DNA of 64,000 nt from an uncultured delta proteobacterium (GCA_963695875.1 CAVOID010000011.1:224001-288000), one strand, 5' to 3'; shown: positions 39,047-49,642, numbered from the stretch's first letter. Made by a program: numbers and translations. The notes: generated by a model not told the origin, from the letters alone.

Positions 39047-41194
39047 GTGAATATTCCAACCAGTCTCATAAAAAAATTAGCGCTTGGTCTGATCGCCGGT
39101 GTAGTCGGGGCGTCTCTGGCGCTTCTTCTTTTCCTGCCGGGCTGGCTGGATGTCTGGGAGGCAAAGACCTGGGACTGGCGGGTTAATGCAATGGCGAAAC
39201 CGGCAAAAACCACTGATAATATCCGCCTCATTCTTCTTGATCAAAACAGCCTGGATTGGGCCAAAGAAGAAAACGGTCTCTCCTGGCCCTGGCCTCGGGA
39301 AGTTTACAATGCGATCATCCAGTTCTGTAAGCGGAGCGGGGCCAAAGCACTGGCCTTCGATGTGCTCTTCACGGAGCCTTCCAAATACGGGGTGGATGAT
39401 GATCGGGCTTTTGCTGCCGCGATTCATGAATTTAAATATTTTGTCGGAGCCGCGGCCTTAAGTCAGACTGAGGGCAGTGCTGAGCGGTGGCCCGCTTTTG
39501 CCCGGGAGCCGGTATTCAAGATCCTTGGTTTCGACCAATGGCTGTCGGCTACAGGCGCAAGCGACATCGTTTTCTCCCGGGCCGCCTTTCCCATCCCGGA
39601 GATATCAGCCGGCGCCGGCATCCTGGCTGATGTTCACCTGAACCCGGACCGGGATACCGTCTATCGCCGGGCGGCCCTCTTCCATGTATTTGACGGCAGG
39701 GTACTGCCGTCGCTTGCCCTGGGATGCTATATGGTTGTGCATGAGGACATCCCTCTGAAAATGACTACGCGATATTTTTCCATAGGTGACAGAGAGGTTC
39801 CGATCGATCACAAGGGCAATGCCATTCTCAATTTCCGTGGGCCCGCGGGGACACATAAAACATACAGTGCCGCGTCCGTCATTCAGAGCGAACTTCGAAT
39901 TCAGAAGGGAGAAAAGCCAACAATTACCGACCCTGATGCCTTTAAGGATGCCTATGTATTTTTCGGTTTCTCCGCTCCCGGTTTGTATGATTTGCGCCCC
40001 ACACCAGTATCTGGCGTTTATCCCGGCGTGGAGATCAACGCCACCATGCTTGATAACCTGCTGGCCAATGATTTTATAAGGCCCGTTCCCGCGGCCGTCG
40101 TCATCGTCATGACCCTGCTGATCGCCATCCTGGCAGGGCTTGCGACGTCTTCCGTATCCGGCATCTTCAAGAGTGCTTTGGTCTACGTCTTTTTTATCGC
40201 CGCGCCGGTTATCATTTGCCTGATTGCCTACCGTGAGGGGTTCTGGCTGCCGCTGGTCGTTCAGGAAACGGGTGTTGTTCTCACACTCTTCAGCGCCGGC
40301 CTCATTTATTATACCACGGAAGGCCGCCAGAAGATGTTCATCAAGAATGCTTTCAGGCAGTACCTGAGTCCGGCCGTCATCGAGGAACTCATTCAACATC
40401 CCGAACATCTGAAGCTGGGGGGTGAACGACGAATGCTCTCCATCTTTTTTTCGGATCTGGAAGGATTTACCGGCATCTCCGAGGGGCTGGAACCGGAAGT
40501 GCTCACGGCCCTGCTGAACGATTACCTCACAGCCATGACCGACATCATTCAGGAGGAAGGCGGCACCGTGGACAAATACGAAGGGGATGCGATTATCGCC
40601 TTCTGGAATGCCCCACTGCTGCAACCGGATCATGCCCGTCGCTGTGTCCGCGCCGCCATGCGGTGCCAGAGCCGGTTGTCCGAGATGCGTCCCATGTTCC
40701 GGGAACGCATCGGTAGGGACTTGAAGATGCGTATCGGCATCAACAGCGGGCCGGCCATCGTCGGGAACATGGGCTCCCACAACCGGTTTGATTATACGAT
40801 GATCGGTGATGCCGTCAATCTGGCGGCGCGTCTGGAAGGCATCAATAAGCAGTTCGGCACCTACACAATGATTTCGCAATCCACGATGGAACAGATGGAT
40901 GGTGCCTTTCCCGTACGCGAGCTTTCAAGGGTTGCTGTCGTCGGCCGCAAGGAGCCGGTTGTCGTGTATGAACCCCTAATGCCGGAAGAAGTCGAGGGCC
41001 GGCAAAATCAGCTTGCCCGTTTTTCCGATGGCCTCACGCTATTTTACCGGGGTGATTTTCCGGGAGCGGAAGCCGTCTTTTCCGAGCTTGCCGATGCCGA
41101 CCCGGTAGCGCGCGCCTACCTGACCAAATGCCGCAATCTGATCGACCAGCCGCCGGCAGACTGGCAGGGCGTCTGGGTGATCACAACAAAATAG
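39047..41194 (+). CDS. CHASE2 - 3TM - class III adenylate/guanylate cyclase
   Basis: WPWPR, AFDVLF and PGVEINA in CHASE2; FFSDLEGFT, DKYEGDA, RIGINSG and GDAVNLAARLEG in the cyclase. Confidence 0.93.
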   Translation: MNIPTSLIKKLALGLIAGVVGASLALLLFLPGWLDVWEAKTWDWRVNAMAKPAKTTDNIRLILLDQNSLDWAKEENGLSWPWPREVYNAIIQFCKRSGAKALAFDVLFTEPSKYGVDDDRAFAAAIHEFKYFVGAAALSQTEGSAERWPAFAREPVFKILGFDQWLSATGASDIVFSRAAFPIPEISAGAGILADVHLNPDRDTVYRRAALFHVFDGRVLPSLALGCYMVVHEDIPLKMTTRYFSIGDREVPIDHKGNAILNFRGPAGTHKTYSAASVIQSELRIQKGEKPTITDPDAFKDAYVFFGFSAPGLYDLRPTPVSGVYPGVEINATMLDNLLANDFIRPVPAAVVIVMTLLIAILAGLATSSVSGIFKSALVYVFFIAAPVIICLIAYREGFWLPLVVQETGVVLTLFSAGLIYYTTEGRQKMFIKNAFRQYLSPAVIEELIQHPEHLKLGGERRMLSIFFSDLEGFTGISEGLEPEVLTALLNDYLTAMTDIIQEEGGTVDKYEGDAIIAFWNAPLLQPDHARRCVRAAMRCQSRLSEMRPMFRERIGRDLKMRIGINSGPAIVGNMGSHNRFDYTMIGDAVNLAARLEGINKQFGTYTMISQSTMEQMDGAFPVRELSRVAVVGRKEPVVVYEPLMPEEVEGRQNQLARFSDGLTLFYRGDFPGAEAVFSELADADPVARAYLTKCRNLIDQPPADWQGVWVITTK

Positions 41195-41703
41195 AATCGA
41201 CTTCAATTATAATGGACTATTGCCATCTGCTCAAGAACTGAGCCTGTGATACTTTTTCAGACCATGCGCAGCCGTATGATTTTTGGACGCATCTTGCCGT
41301 AATGTTATTTTCCTGATTCAGCCTGTCCATACGACATTTCGAAAGGTCATGAATAAGCTAACTAACTGTAATAAAAAGAGGCTCTTTTTTTATTCATTCT
41401 TTTAATAAATCTCATATATTTTTTTGAAATATAGTGTATAACTTTTCAGAGACCAGATGGAAGGCGATGAAATCAGGACATATTTTCTATATACTTGAAA
41501 TTATTATATATATTAGTGCTTATATTTTGTGCAATCAGGTGGAAATTCAGATCAGATAAGCGACTGTGATATTTGTCAACATAGTTATCAACAAGCCTAT
41601 CCACACTAAAGTTAATATCTTAATCCAAAGGATGTCAACTTGTACTCTTCAGGATTAGCCGGGGCATTTTTCAGAAGATGGTTGATGATGATAAAAAGGG
41701 AAA

Positions 41704-42273
41704 TTGGGCGTGAAATTCATTTCCTATGACAGCATCGAAAAGATTGAGACTGAAACTGAAATAAGAAATGCAGATTCAGATACTATTCGCGATTTCAGCT
41801 TGACATGGGACCCGTATGTTGATGAAAAAATTTTGAGGGAAAAGGATAAAGATTTTAACTATCGTATTTTTGAATGGGATAGGATAATCCTTATGTCACT
41901 CAATATAAAATATGATGACAATTGTTTTGCGGCTTATACCGGCAAACGATTGGATGGTTTATTGTCTTTGCGGCATCAAAATAATTTTTATCTCGATTTT
42001 TTTGCCTCGGCTCCGTGGAATTACTATGGTACTTCTGGTAGAATGAGGAGAATAGGGTCCGGTCTTGTTTATTTTACTATTAAAACAAGCCTGTCTTTAG
42101 GCTTGGATGGAGAATTTTTTCTTTATGCAATCAAGGATGCAGAGAAATATTGCGAGACGATAGGGATGGTTCACACAGGTCATTTCAAATTTGGCCTGGA
42201 AAAGTATCACATGCTAAAAGATAAGGCAGCAATGTTTGAGAAGGGGTTCAGAAAGTACATTATTAATGCTTAG
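41704..42273 (+). CDS. GNAT-fold-like hypothetical protein
   Basis: YLDFFASAPWN...RRIGSGLV...AEKYCETIGM resembles GNAT motifs A and B. Confidence 0.6.
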   Translation: MGVKFISYDSIEKIETETEIRNADSDTIRDFSLTWDPYVDEKILREKDKDFNYRIFEWDRIILMSLNIKYDDNCFAAYTGKRLDGLLSLRHQNNFYLDFFASAPWNYYGTSGRMRRIGSGLVYFTIKTSLSLGLDGEFFLYAIKDAEKYCETIGMVHTGHFKFGLEKYHMLKDKAAMFEKGFRKYIINA

Positions 42274-42368
42274 ATTATGTAGGGCAGCAGATGTAACAAT
42301 CTGTTGTTCATGTCCATTCAGGCGTCATGGAGCCGTGAAAATTCTCCGCAGTCTAAGAAGCAAGCAGA

Positions 42369-42947
42369 TTGCGCCCGTCGAAAATGGAAACCACTAAAGT
42401 CAATCATCGATATCCTGTAGAACATGAAAATTGGATTACCCTTCGGGATGGTTCTGCGGTCTTCCTTCGACCGATCAAGCCGACAGACGGCCCGCTGCTT
42501 CTTGATTTCTTTCAAAAACTTTCCCCGGAGACCATTTACTTTCGTTTCTTAACGCGTTTAAAAAGTCTGCACCCGGACCTTCTCAAACATTATGTGGAGA
42601 TCGATTATGAAACGCATTTTGCCCTTACGGCTGTCATCGAAGAGGAGAAAGCAGAATCCATCATCGGTACATGCCGTTACATCATCAAAAATAAAGCAGA
42701 TCATGCAGAGCTCACTATTGTGTTGAGAAATGACTGGCAGAGGAGGGGCTTGGGTAGAATCATGGCCAAAAGAGTGGTGGACATAGCCAAGTCAAAAGGA
42801 ATATCCAGCATAGAAATACTTTTTGATTACCGAAATGAAGGGATGATGCGACTTTTTGCTTCACTCGGATATCCTGTGAAATACGAACCATCCATTCTCG
42901 ATATAGCCGACCGCATGGAGATTTTTCTCAAGGAAATTACAATTTAA
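42369..42947 (+). CDS. GNAT N-acetyltransferase (acyl-CoA synthetase-associated type)
   Basis: TLRDG..V.LRPI.P.D, LSPETIYFRF and WQRRGLG motifs. Confidence 0.88.
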   Translation: MRPSKMETTKVNHRYPVEHENWITLRDGSAVFLRPIKPTDGPLLLDFFQKLSPETIYFRFLTRLKSLHPDLLKHYVEIDYETHFALTAVIEEEKAESIIGTCRYIIKNKADHAELTIVLRNDWQRRGLGRIMAKRVVDIAKSKGISSIEILFDYRNEGMMRLFASLGYPVKYEPSILDIADRMEIFLKEITI

Positions 42948-43049
42948 TAAAACCTGAATCTTTACTTCCAGCGGATGAATACTGTGATTCGATCCTTCCT
43001 GAAAGAGAGATTTCTTATCCGGCAAGCTTCGTCCCATGGGCGACGGGTG

Positions 43050-43760
43050 TCACATTGCATTTTTTCTCAATTTTTTTTTGTCCTTTTCCACGCTGAGGGG
43101 TGATTTTTTTTCCGACACCGAATATGTCCGATGAAACTTCTGAAATCCTTTTTTGTCATAAGCCCTTCTATCGATCAAATATTCACCTTTGAAAGTGTCT
43201 AAATATTTTGCCTGTCCATTGTCATAATAGGTTTTACAAATTTCATTTACAGGTTCAGACTCACTTAATGGTTCATTATCCCATTTGCACTCCCAGGCTA
43301 AAGACCCATCCTGATAATTTCCTTTTACCGCGCCGTTCAGGATCGCCTCTGATGATTTCTCTTTGAATCCGCTTCCGAAAGAAAACTCATAAGTTATCTG
43401 CTTTTTTATATTCTGATCCCATGTTAGATCACCCATCGGGTATTTTTCATATCTCTTTTCATAGATTTTGATCGAAGCCGGTATCTCCGCGTCAGAACGA
43501 ATGATACGATCCTTGGCACTATAAAAAACATTGACTGTCTCTTTCTTGGCAGGTGACCCACTGAACTTCTCCTTAAAATCGCTGGTTTTCTCTGCATAAG
43601 TGGTTTCGTAAACAACTTCCTTGGGATGCTTATTAGAATGTCGGTTGATGATCTTTCTCGTTATTTGATGATCAGTAACTATATCCTTATGAAAGAATGA
43701 TGAACCAATATAAAGGATAATAATAAACAGAATCAGAATATAAGGCCAATATTTATTCAT
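43050..43760 (-). CDS. Membrane-anchored hypothetical protein
   Basis: N-terminal TM; MORN-variant-like YYDNGQ near the C-terminus. Confidence 0.65.
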   Translation of the reverse strand: MNKYWPYILILFIIILYIGSSFFHKDIVTDHQITRKIINRHSNKHPKEVVYETTYAEKTSDFKEKFSGSPAKKETVNVFYSAKDRIIRSDAEIPASIKIYEKRYEKYPMGDLTWDQNIKKQITYEFSFGSGFKEKSSEAILNGAVKGNYQDGSLAWECKWDNEPLSESEPVNEICKTYYDNGQAKYLDTFKGEYLIDRRAYDKKGFQKFHRTYSVSEKKSPLSVEKDKKKLRKNAM

Positions 43761-44091
43761 TTTTTCCTGTCCTCATTCAATGTTACCGAAAATTAGCAAT
43801 TAGTCATCTTTGCCGAATCTTAAATTGACGCATTTGGAGGAAAAAGTCTTCTCATTGCATATAAAGGATACGAAGTCCTCAAAGTCTAACCAATTGCCAG
43901 GTTCCCGGACACCCCTTTAGTGCCACGGATTCTGCGGGCACGTCATAGGGATGACCTGATCTAAATTATCAAGTTCTGTCACGCATCATTTTGTATACCG
44001 TAGTGACAGTTTTGTCAATATGGCGGATATATCCCTTTAAGGATTCTTCCATTCATCTAATATAAACAGATATGATCTTGAGATAAATAGA

Positions 44092-44586
44092 TTACATCAG
44101 GTATGTCTGTAGTTCCTTATAGCTGTGTGAGGCGTCATCAGTGAAGGATGCTCCAACACGAATACTTTCTTTGGAATCAACAACTCTGCGCGGTTCACAT
44201 GTCATATATATAGGCCTGTTATCATTGGGCAGGGTGAAAACTACTTCAAATCTGGACTTTTGTGGAGCAACTGATATCTCATGTTTCGCATCTTTGGGAA
44301 TTGTAATTTGTATGCCGCCAAGAGAAATATCCGTTATTACTGCCGTATCCAGCTTTGTTCCTCCGGGACTGTATTGTTTAATTAAAGCAGGGGCTAAAAC
44401 GGCTTTTCTTCTATGATTACGTCTCTCGACATTTGTCTCCTTGATCATTTTTCGCATTTGTAAGTAATTGGTCAGTACAATTTCAATTATTGACGTTAGA
44501 GACCGTCTTTCATCTAAAGAAATTGTCACGAGGGATTCTTGGAGGTCTCTGTTCACACGAAAACATATAAGACTATCTTTTTTCAT
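44092..44586 (-). CDS. PilZ-domain protein with N-terminal ribbon-helix-helix-like segment
   Basis: PilZ motifs ERRNHRR and DISLGG; N-terminal ICFRV...ERRSLTSIIEIVL. Confidence 0.8.
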   Translation of the reverse strand: MKKDSLICFRVNRDLQESLVTISLDERRSLTSIIEIVLTNYLQMRKMIKETNVERRNHRRKAVLAPALIKQYSPGGTKLDTAVITDISLGGIQITIPKDAKHEISVAPQKSRFEVVFTLPNDNRPIYMTCEPRRVVDSKESIRVGASFTDDASHSYKELQTYLM

Positions 44587-44825
44587 GATGATCACCTCAT
44601 GCCTCAACATATGGTGTTATTTACATTTTATTCCACAATATATTGTGACTGTCAAGAAAAAAGCTATTTTCGATCCGGAAGGACATGTTTGCACACCGGA
44701 GGCTGGGTCCAAAAATAGTAAGACAAAAGAATGTTTAAATCTATCCTGAACTGAACGTGACTGGGAGCAAATCCCGCAAGCCCGACCCTGCGGGTGGGGA
44801 GCTCCACTTTGCAGACAGTAGTGAG

Positions 44826-45158
44826 TTACTTCAGCACTGTCCGAAGAGGACGAAGCGGCTCGGGCATAAACGGTGAGGGTCCCCAGACCTCGATGCGAAG
44901 ATTTATGGCAAAAGTATTTTGCAATGTATTGATGAGCGAATCCCACGGTTCACTTTGAGAAAACTTCGTCCAATCCTCCGGGTTCTTCCATACGCCGGTT
45001 ACCAGTACTGCGGGACTTTCCTTCATGTTACGGCCTGCTCGTATCTCAACAATCCCATCGGATTTGAGAGCGGGGACGATGGCTTTCTTTATCCAGTCGA
45101 AGTATGCCTTCTCGTCGATGCCCGGCATAAGGTCATAAGCAAGGTGGACTTCGATCAT
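44826..45158 (-). CDS. ABM/dimeric alpha-beta barrel-like protein
   Basis: GGAGGTGA RBS before ATG 45158; GIVEIRA...VWKNPEDWTKF.QSE.W pattern. Confidence 0.65.
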   Translation of the reverse strand: MIEVHLAYDLMPGIDEKAYFDWIKKAIVPALKSDGIVEIRAGRNMKESPAVLVTGVWKNPEDWTKFSQSEPWDSLINTLQNTFAINLRIEVWGPSPFMPEPLRPLRTVLK

Positions 45159-45289
45159 CGGTATCACCTCCCGGTAATTGAATGGATAACAGGCTGATTT
45201 TTCATGGATACAATACGAAGGAAGACCGCTTGATGTCAAATCATTTTTAGACATTCTTTGTCATTCTTAAACTCATTAACCGTCCAATT

Positions 45290-45438
45290 TGAATCCGGCA
45301 GCGGGCACAAACACATTCGCTTGAATCCGGCAGCGAGCGCATTCCCCGTAGCTTACTGCGGCGTAAGCGAGCGAATGGGGAACAATATTATTCCTTGTGG
45401 ATCGAAGATTCTCCGCAGTAAACCGCGGAGAGCTTCAA
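45290..45438. repeat. Dispersed palindromic repeat, copy 2 (longest)
   Basis: TGAATCCGGCAGCG occurs twice; palindromes CCGTAGCTTACTGCGG and CTCCGCAGTAAACCGCGGAG; ends in TTCAA. Confidence 0.75.
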
Positions 45439-45869
45439 TAACAGCAATGAAAAGCAGGAATTTGCATGAACGGTCACACTTCTTCTGGAATGTGTTTTTC
45501 ATATTCCGCCTATTCATTAAACATTTCACTGCCGGTGGAAATAGTCAAAGGAGCTGCCGATATAGGCGGCATCCCTGAAATAAAACATCAGAACTTTCCA
45601 TTAAAATATGATACAAATATAGAAGGAGGTCGCGAAAACGTTTCAAATCTTCAATTTCGATAAAAAGAAGAACATGATGCGGGGTGCAATGATCTGTGAA
45701 TGTGCGGACCAATGCGATGAAAGTCATGCAGATGAAGGAAAACAAAAGACCTTAGCATCGATCAATCTTTTCACATGGTCGTCGCCGTTCATTTCAAAGA
45801 TCAATGATAGGAAGTAAATCTTGGACTATCACAAAAAAAATTTCTAAGATGAAAAAGGAGTGAAACGAA

Positions 45870-46274
45870 ATGGTAAGATTTCCATCAGCGGAATGGGTAG
45901 AAAAATTTAAAGATGCCGTGAATAGCAGTAAAAGCTATGCGGAATCTGCAAAGACATGGGAAGGTGATTTCCTGTTCGAAATCAAGGCCGATGGCGCTCT
46001 AAAACAGGACTTCTTTATTTACATGGATCTGCACCACGGCGAATGCAGAAAAGCCCATGTTATAGAAAATCCCGCTTCGGTTAAAACAGAATTCGTATAT
46101 TCAGGGATGTATTCGAGCTGGCTGAAGCTTATAAACAAGGAGATCGATCCGATAAAGGGGCTTATGACGGGTAAATTCAAGCTTACAGGCAACATGGCCA
46201 AGGTCATGAGGTATGTAAGAGCAGCCAAGGAACTAGTGAATTGCACAACGATGGTCGAAGCCGAGTATTTGTAG
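45870..46274 (+). CDS. SCP2 sterol/lipid-binding domain protein
   Basis: FPSAEW...WEGDF...IDPIKGLMTGKFKLTGNM. Confidence 0.88.
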   Translation: MVRFPSAEWVEKFKDAVNSSKSYAESAKTWEGDFLFEIKADGALKQDFFIYMDLHHGECRKAHVIENPASVKTEFVYSGMYSSWLKLINKEIDPIKGLMTGKFKLTGNMAKVMRYVRAAKELVNCTTMVEAEYL

Positions 46275-46316
46275 TCCGGAGAATTCACTAGAAAGGAAAA
46301 TTTGGGAGGAATATTG

Positions 46317-47483
46317 ATGTGGTGGTTCCGCTCTCCTGAGGTGCGCTTCGGGCAAGAAGCATTAGATTCGCTTTCCATGCTCGAAGGTAACCGGATATTC
46401 TTTGTTACGGATAAAAACATGGTTGAACTCGGTATACTGGATCTGGTTCTAAGCAAATTAGAAAGTGAAAAAATCATTTTCGAGAAGTTCGCCAATGTCG
46501 AACCGGAACCCACCCTGGAAACCGTTCTCGAAGGACTGGAAAAGGTCAAGGAATTCTCTCCTGACTGGATTATCGGACTAGGCGGCGGGTCATGTCTTGA
46601 TGCGGCCAAGGCGATTTCGGTCCTTTATGAGAACCCGGAGATTGCGGCGGAGGATATCTCGCCGTTAAACCCGGCCATTCAATACCGAAAAAAGGCAAAG
46701 ATGATCGCCATCCCTACGACAAGCGGTACTGGATCTGAAACGACTTGGGCGACTATCCTTACAAGCAAACAGGAACAGCGTAAATTATCTTTGGCCCATC
46801 CTTCGATAATCCCGGATATCGCTATTGTGGACCCTCTGCTTGCAGTAGGTCTCCCGCCGAGATTAACCGCGGCTACTGGTTTCGATGCACTGGTCCATGC
46901 CATTGAAGCGTATTCATCTGATTGGAAGAATGATTTTTCAGACGGTCTGGCGCTGTATGCGATGAAACTTATCCTCGATAATATATCGACAGCCTGCAGC
47001 AACCCCGAGGATATCGTAACCAGGGAAAAAATGCATAATGCGGCATCGATCGCCGGACTGGCCTTTGGCAATTCACAGGCCGGGCTCATCCACGCGATCG
47101 GTCATACACTGGGCGCAGTCTTCAAAATACCGCACGGCGAATCGCTATCTATAGTTTTCCTTAACACCATTAAGTTCAACTCAAAGACCTGCCTGAACCT
47201 GTTCGCCGATATGGGCAGGTTTGTCGGAATTTTCAAGGAGGCCGATGCTGAGGTTTTCGACGAGTTCTTTTCGAAAATAGACAGGCTGCTGACAAGCCTC
47301 AAACTGCCAAAATCGCTTAAGGCTTTCGGGATATCTAAAGAAACTTTTGAAAGCAGCCTTGAACTTCTGATCGATAACACCGCCGCTGACCCATCGAGCG
47401 TCACTACGATCAGACCGCCAAGTAATGACGAACTCAGGGAGCTGCTTGTGAACATCTATGAAGGAACAATTGCTGATATTTGA
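46317..47483 (+). CDS. Iron-containing alcohol dehydrogenase
   Basis: GLGGGSCLD, IPTTSGTGSE, DALVHAIE and HAIGH...PHG motifs. Confidence 0.93.
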   Translation: MWWFRSPEVRFGQEALDSLSMLEGNRIFFVTDKNMVELGILDLVLSKLESEKIIFEKFANVEPEPTLETVLEGLEKVKEFSPDWIIGLGGGSCLDAAKAISVLYENPEIAAEDISPLNPAIQYRKKAKMIAIPTTSGTGSETTWATILTSKQEQRKLSLAHPSIIPDIAIVDPLLAVGLPPRLTAATGFDALVHAIEAYSSDWKNDFSDGLALYAMKLILDNISTACSNPEDIVTREKMHNAASIAGLAFGNSQAGLIHAIGHTLGAVFKIPHGESLSIVFLNTIKFNSKTCLNLFADMGRFVGIFKEADAEVFDEFFSKIDRLLTSLKLPKSLKAFGISKETFESSLELLIDNTAADPSSVTTIRPPSNDELRELLVNIYEGTIADI

Positions 47484-47639
47484 ATCGCGCTAATTCTTTG
47501 TCAAAAAATTAAAACCAACTGCTATAATACAAAATAACACCATTCAGTAAACCGATGACACCGATATGACGTTAATAAATATATTCGGGTATTTCATTAT
47601 ATTTGGTGGATAAACAAAAATATCAGAGGGTGATAGATC

Positions 47640-49514
47640 ATGTTCGGTTACAGGAATAAGGTGCTTTTTATAGATCTGACCAATAGAAAATATCATACAG
47701 AAGAATTGAACAAGGAGTTTGTCGAACATTATCTCGGCGGTACGGGCCTGGCTGCAAGATACTTGGCGGAAATCATAAAAGATATGCCGGGACCGGTCGA
47801 CGCGTTTAATGAAAGGACCCCGCTTATTATCATGACGGGGCCCCTGTCCGGGACGAAGGCCTCAGGGTCTGGAAAGTTCGAGATATGTTCCCTTAGTCCA
47901 AGAACGGGACTGTGGGCAGAAAGTAACATCGGCGGAAAATTCGGTCCGGAACTGAAACTGCTGGGGTATGACGGTATTATCATAACCGGAAAAAGTGACA
48001 AACCCGTGTCGATATTTCTGGAGAATGATGGTGTGAAGTTCCTGGATGCCTCGCACCTGTGGGGTTTGAACAACAACGAGACTTGGAAAGCTTTCGATAA
48101 CGAATACCCTGAGAAAAAATTGAAGATACTCAGTATAGGCCAGGCAGGGGAAAATCTGGTCTTGTTCGCCAATATACGGAACAACGACGGCAAATCGGCA
48201 GGCCGGGTGGGTCTTGGTGCAGTTATGGGTTCCAAGAAACTCAAGAGCCTTGTCCTGGTCCGGAAGCATGAAAAAAGTTCCCGCGAATTCCCTGTAAGCG
48301 ACCCGGGGAAGTTCAGAGAGGCCGTAGTAAGCTCCCTGAAGACCATACAAGAGACCATGATGTTTCAATTGATGAAATCGCTCGGGACGTCCGGTTACAT
48401 GGGTATGGGCAATGAATGGGGCGATACTCCGTGCAAATACTGGACCCAAGGGTCGTTTGAGCCTGTAGAAGAAATAAGCGGGTCCGCAATGGCCGATAAA
48501 TATCTGGTAGGGCGCAACCCCTGTTATGCATGCAGTATCGGGTGTGCCCGGGTCATAGAGGTCAAAGAATCGGGCGATCCGCGTTTCAATGTAGGCCGGA
48601 CCCACGGACCTGAGTACGAGACGCTGGCGGCCTTTGGAGGGTTGATCCTGAATAAAGATATTGAATCTATCTTTTATGCCAATCAATTGTGCAACGAATA
48701 CGGGCTGGATACAATCTCCTGTGGCAGCGTCATTGCGTACTGTTATCTGTTGTTCGACAGGAAACTTCTCAAGGCCGAGGACCTGGATGGGCTTCGGCCG
48801 GAGTGGGGCGCGATGGAACCGGCGTTCAAGCTGATCGAAAAGATCGCGAAGAGAAAAGGGATCGGCGAACTGCTGTCCCGGGGTGTCGATGCGGTAGGTG
48901 CGTATTTTGGGCCTGAGGCCGAACAACTGGCAGTTCACGTCAACAAGAACGAGATCCCGATGCATGACCCCAGGGCGCTGTTTGGCAGTGCCGTCATGTA
49001 TGCAACCTCACCGCGAGGCGCCTGTCACCTTCAGGGAGAGATGTACAATGTCGAGCTTGGCGGTCAGCGCCCGGATATCGGTATCGAGACCGAGGACAGG
49101 TTCCAGGATACAGGTAAAGGTCGGGTCTGCGCCCTCTCCCAGAATTTGACCACGATCTACAGCTCGATGATTCTTTGCCATTTCCATCTTCCCGACGTTC
49201 AGCAGATGTGTGACTTGCTTACCTTCGAGACGGGCAAGGAATACTCCTGGGAAACGCTTAATACTATCGGCGAACGGATATTTAACCTCAAGAGGTTGAT
49301 AAACCTGAAGCAGGGATATGCCCCTCTACATGAACGACTGCCGCACCTGCTGACACAACCTCTGGAAGGAGGGACTGAAGGCAATGTTCCGGATATAGAA
49401 ACACAATTGATCGACTACTATGACTTCCGTAAGTGGGATAGGAGGACAGGGCGGCCGACGGATGAGAAACTCGTGGAGCTGGGGTTAAGAGAACTTGCTG
49501 AGGTATTGAAATAG
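47640..49514 (+). CDS. aor: Aldehyde:ferredoxin oxidoreductase (AOR family)
   Basis: IGQAGE, GRVGLGAVMGSKKLK, CYACSIGC, EYET, DTIS and RGACH motifs. Confidence 0.93.
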   Translation: MFGYRNKVLFIDLTNRKYHTEELNKEFVEHYLGGTGLAARYLAEIIKDMPGPVDAFNERTPLIIMTGPLSGTKASGSGKFEICSLSPRTGLWAESNIGGKFGPELKLLGYDGIIITGKSDKPVSIFLENDGVKFLDASHLWGLNNNETWKAFDNEYPEKKLKILSIGQAGENLVLFANIRNNDGKSAGRVGLGAVMGSKKLKSLVLVRKHEKSSREFPVSDPGKFREAVVSSLKTIQETMMFQLMKSLGTSGYMGMGNEWGDTPCKYWTQGSFEPVEEISGSAMADKYLVGRNPCYACSIGCARVIEVKESGDPRFNVGRTHGPEYETLAAFGGLILNKDIESIFYANQLCNEYGLDTISCGSVIAYCYLLFDRKLLKAEDLDGLRPEWGAMEPAFKLIEKIAKRKGIGELLSRGVDAVGAYFGPEAEQLAVHVNKNEIPMHDPRALFGSAVMYATSPRGACHLQGEMYNVELGGQRPDIGIETEDRFQDTGKGRVCALSQNLTTIYSSMILCHFHLPDVQQMCDLLTFETGKEYSWETLNTIGERIFNLKRLINLKQGYAPLHERLPHLLTQPLEGGTEGNVPDIETQLIDYYDFRKWDRRTGRPTDEKLVELGLRELAEVLK

Positions 49515-49642
49515 CGAAAACAAAAAGCTTCCGATTGAACATAGGCACTTTTTTATTTATTTGTATATCAGAAGCCTTGTTTTTTTCTTAATGTTCGCCT
49601 TTTTAAGCAGCTCCCAGATGTTCCTCCACGGACTCCAATCGA

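Noticed and set aside
39605..40879. 424-aa minus-strand ORF
   Set aside because: Antisense shadow of the adenylate cyclase gene
43890..43960. CGCAGAATCC...GGGAACC (minus) as a c-di-AMP riboswitch or IS-end relic
   Set aside because: Downstream riboswitch elements are missing, and the match to an IS end is too weak to call
47862..48965. 367-aa minus-strand ORF
   Set aside because: Antisense shadow of the AOR gene
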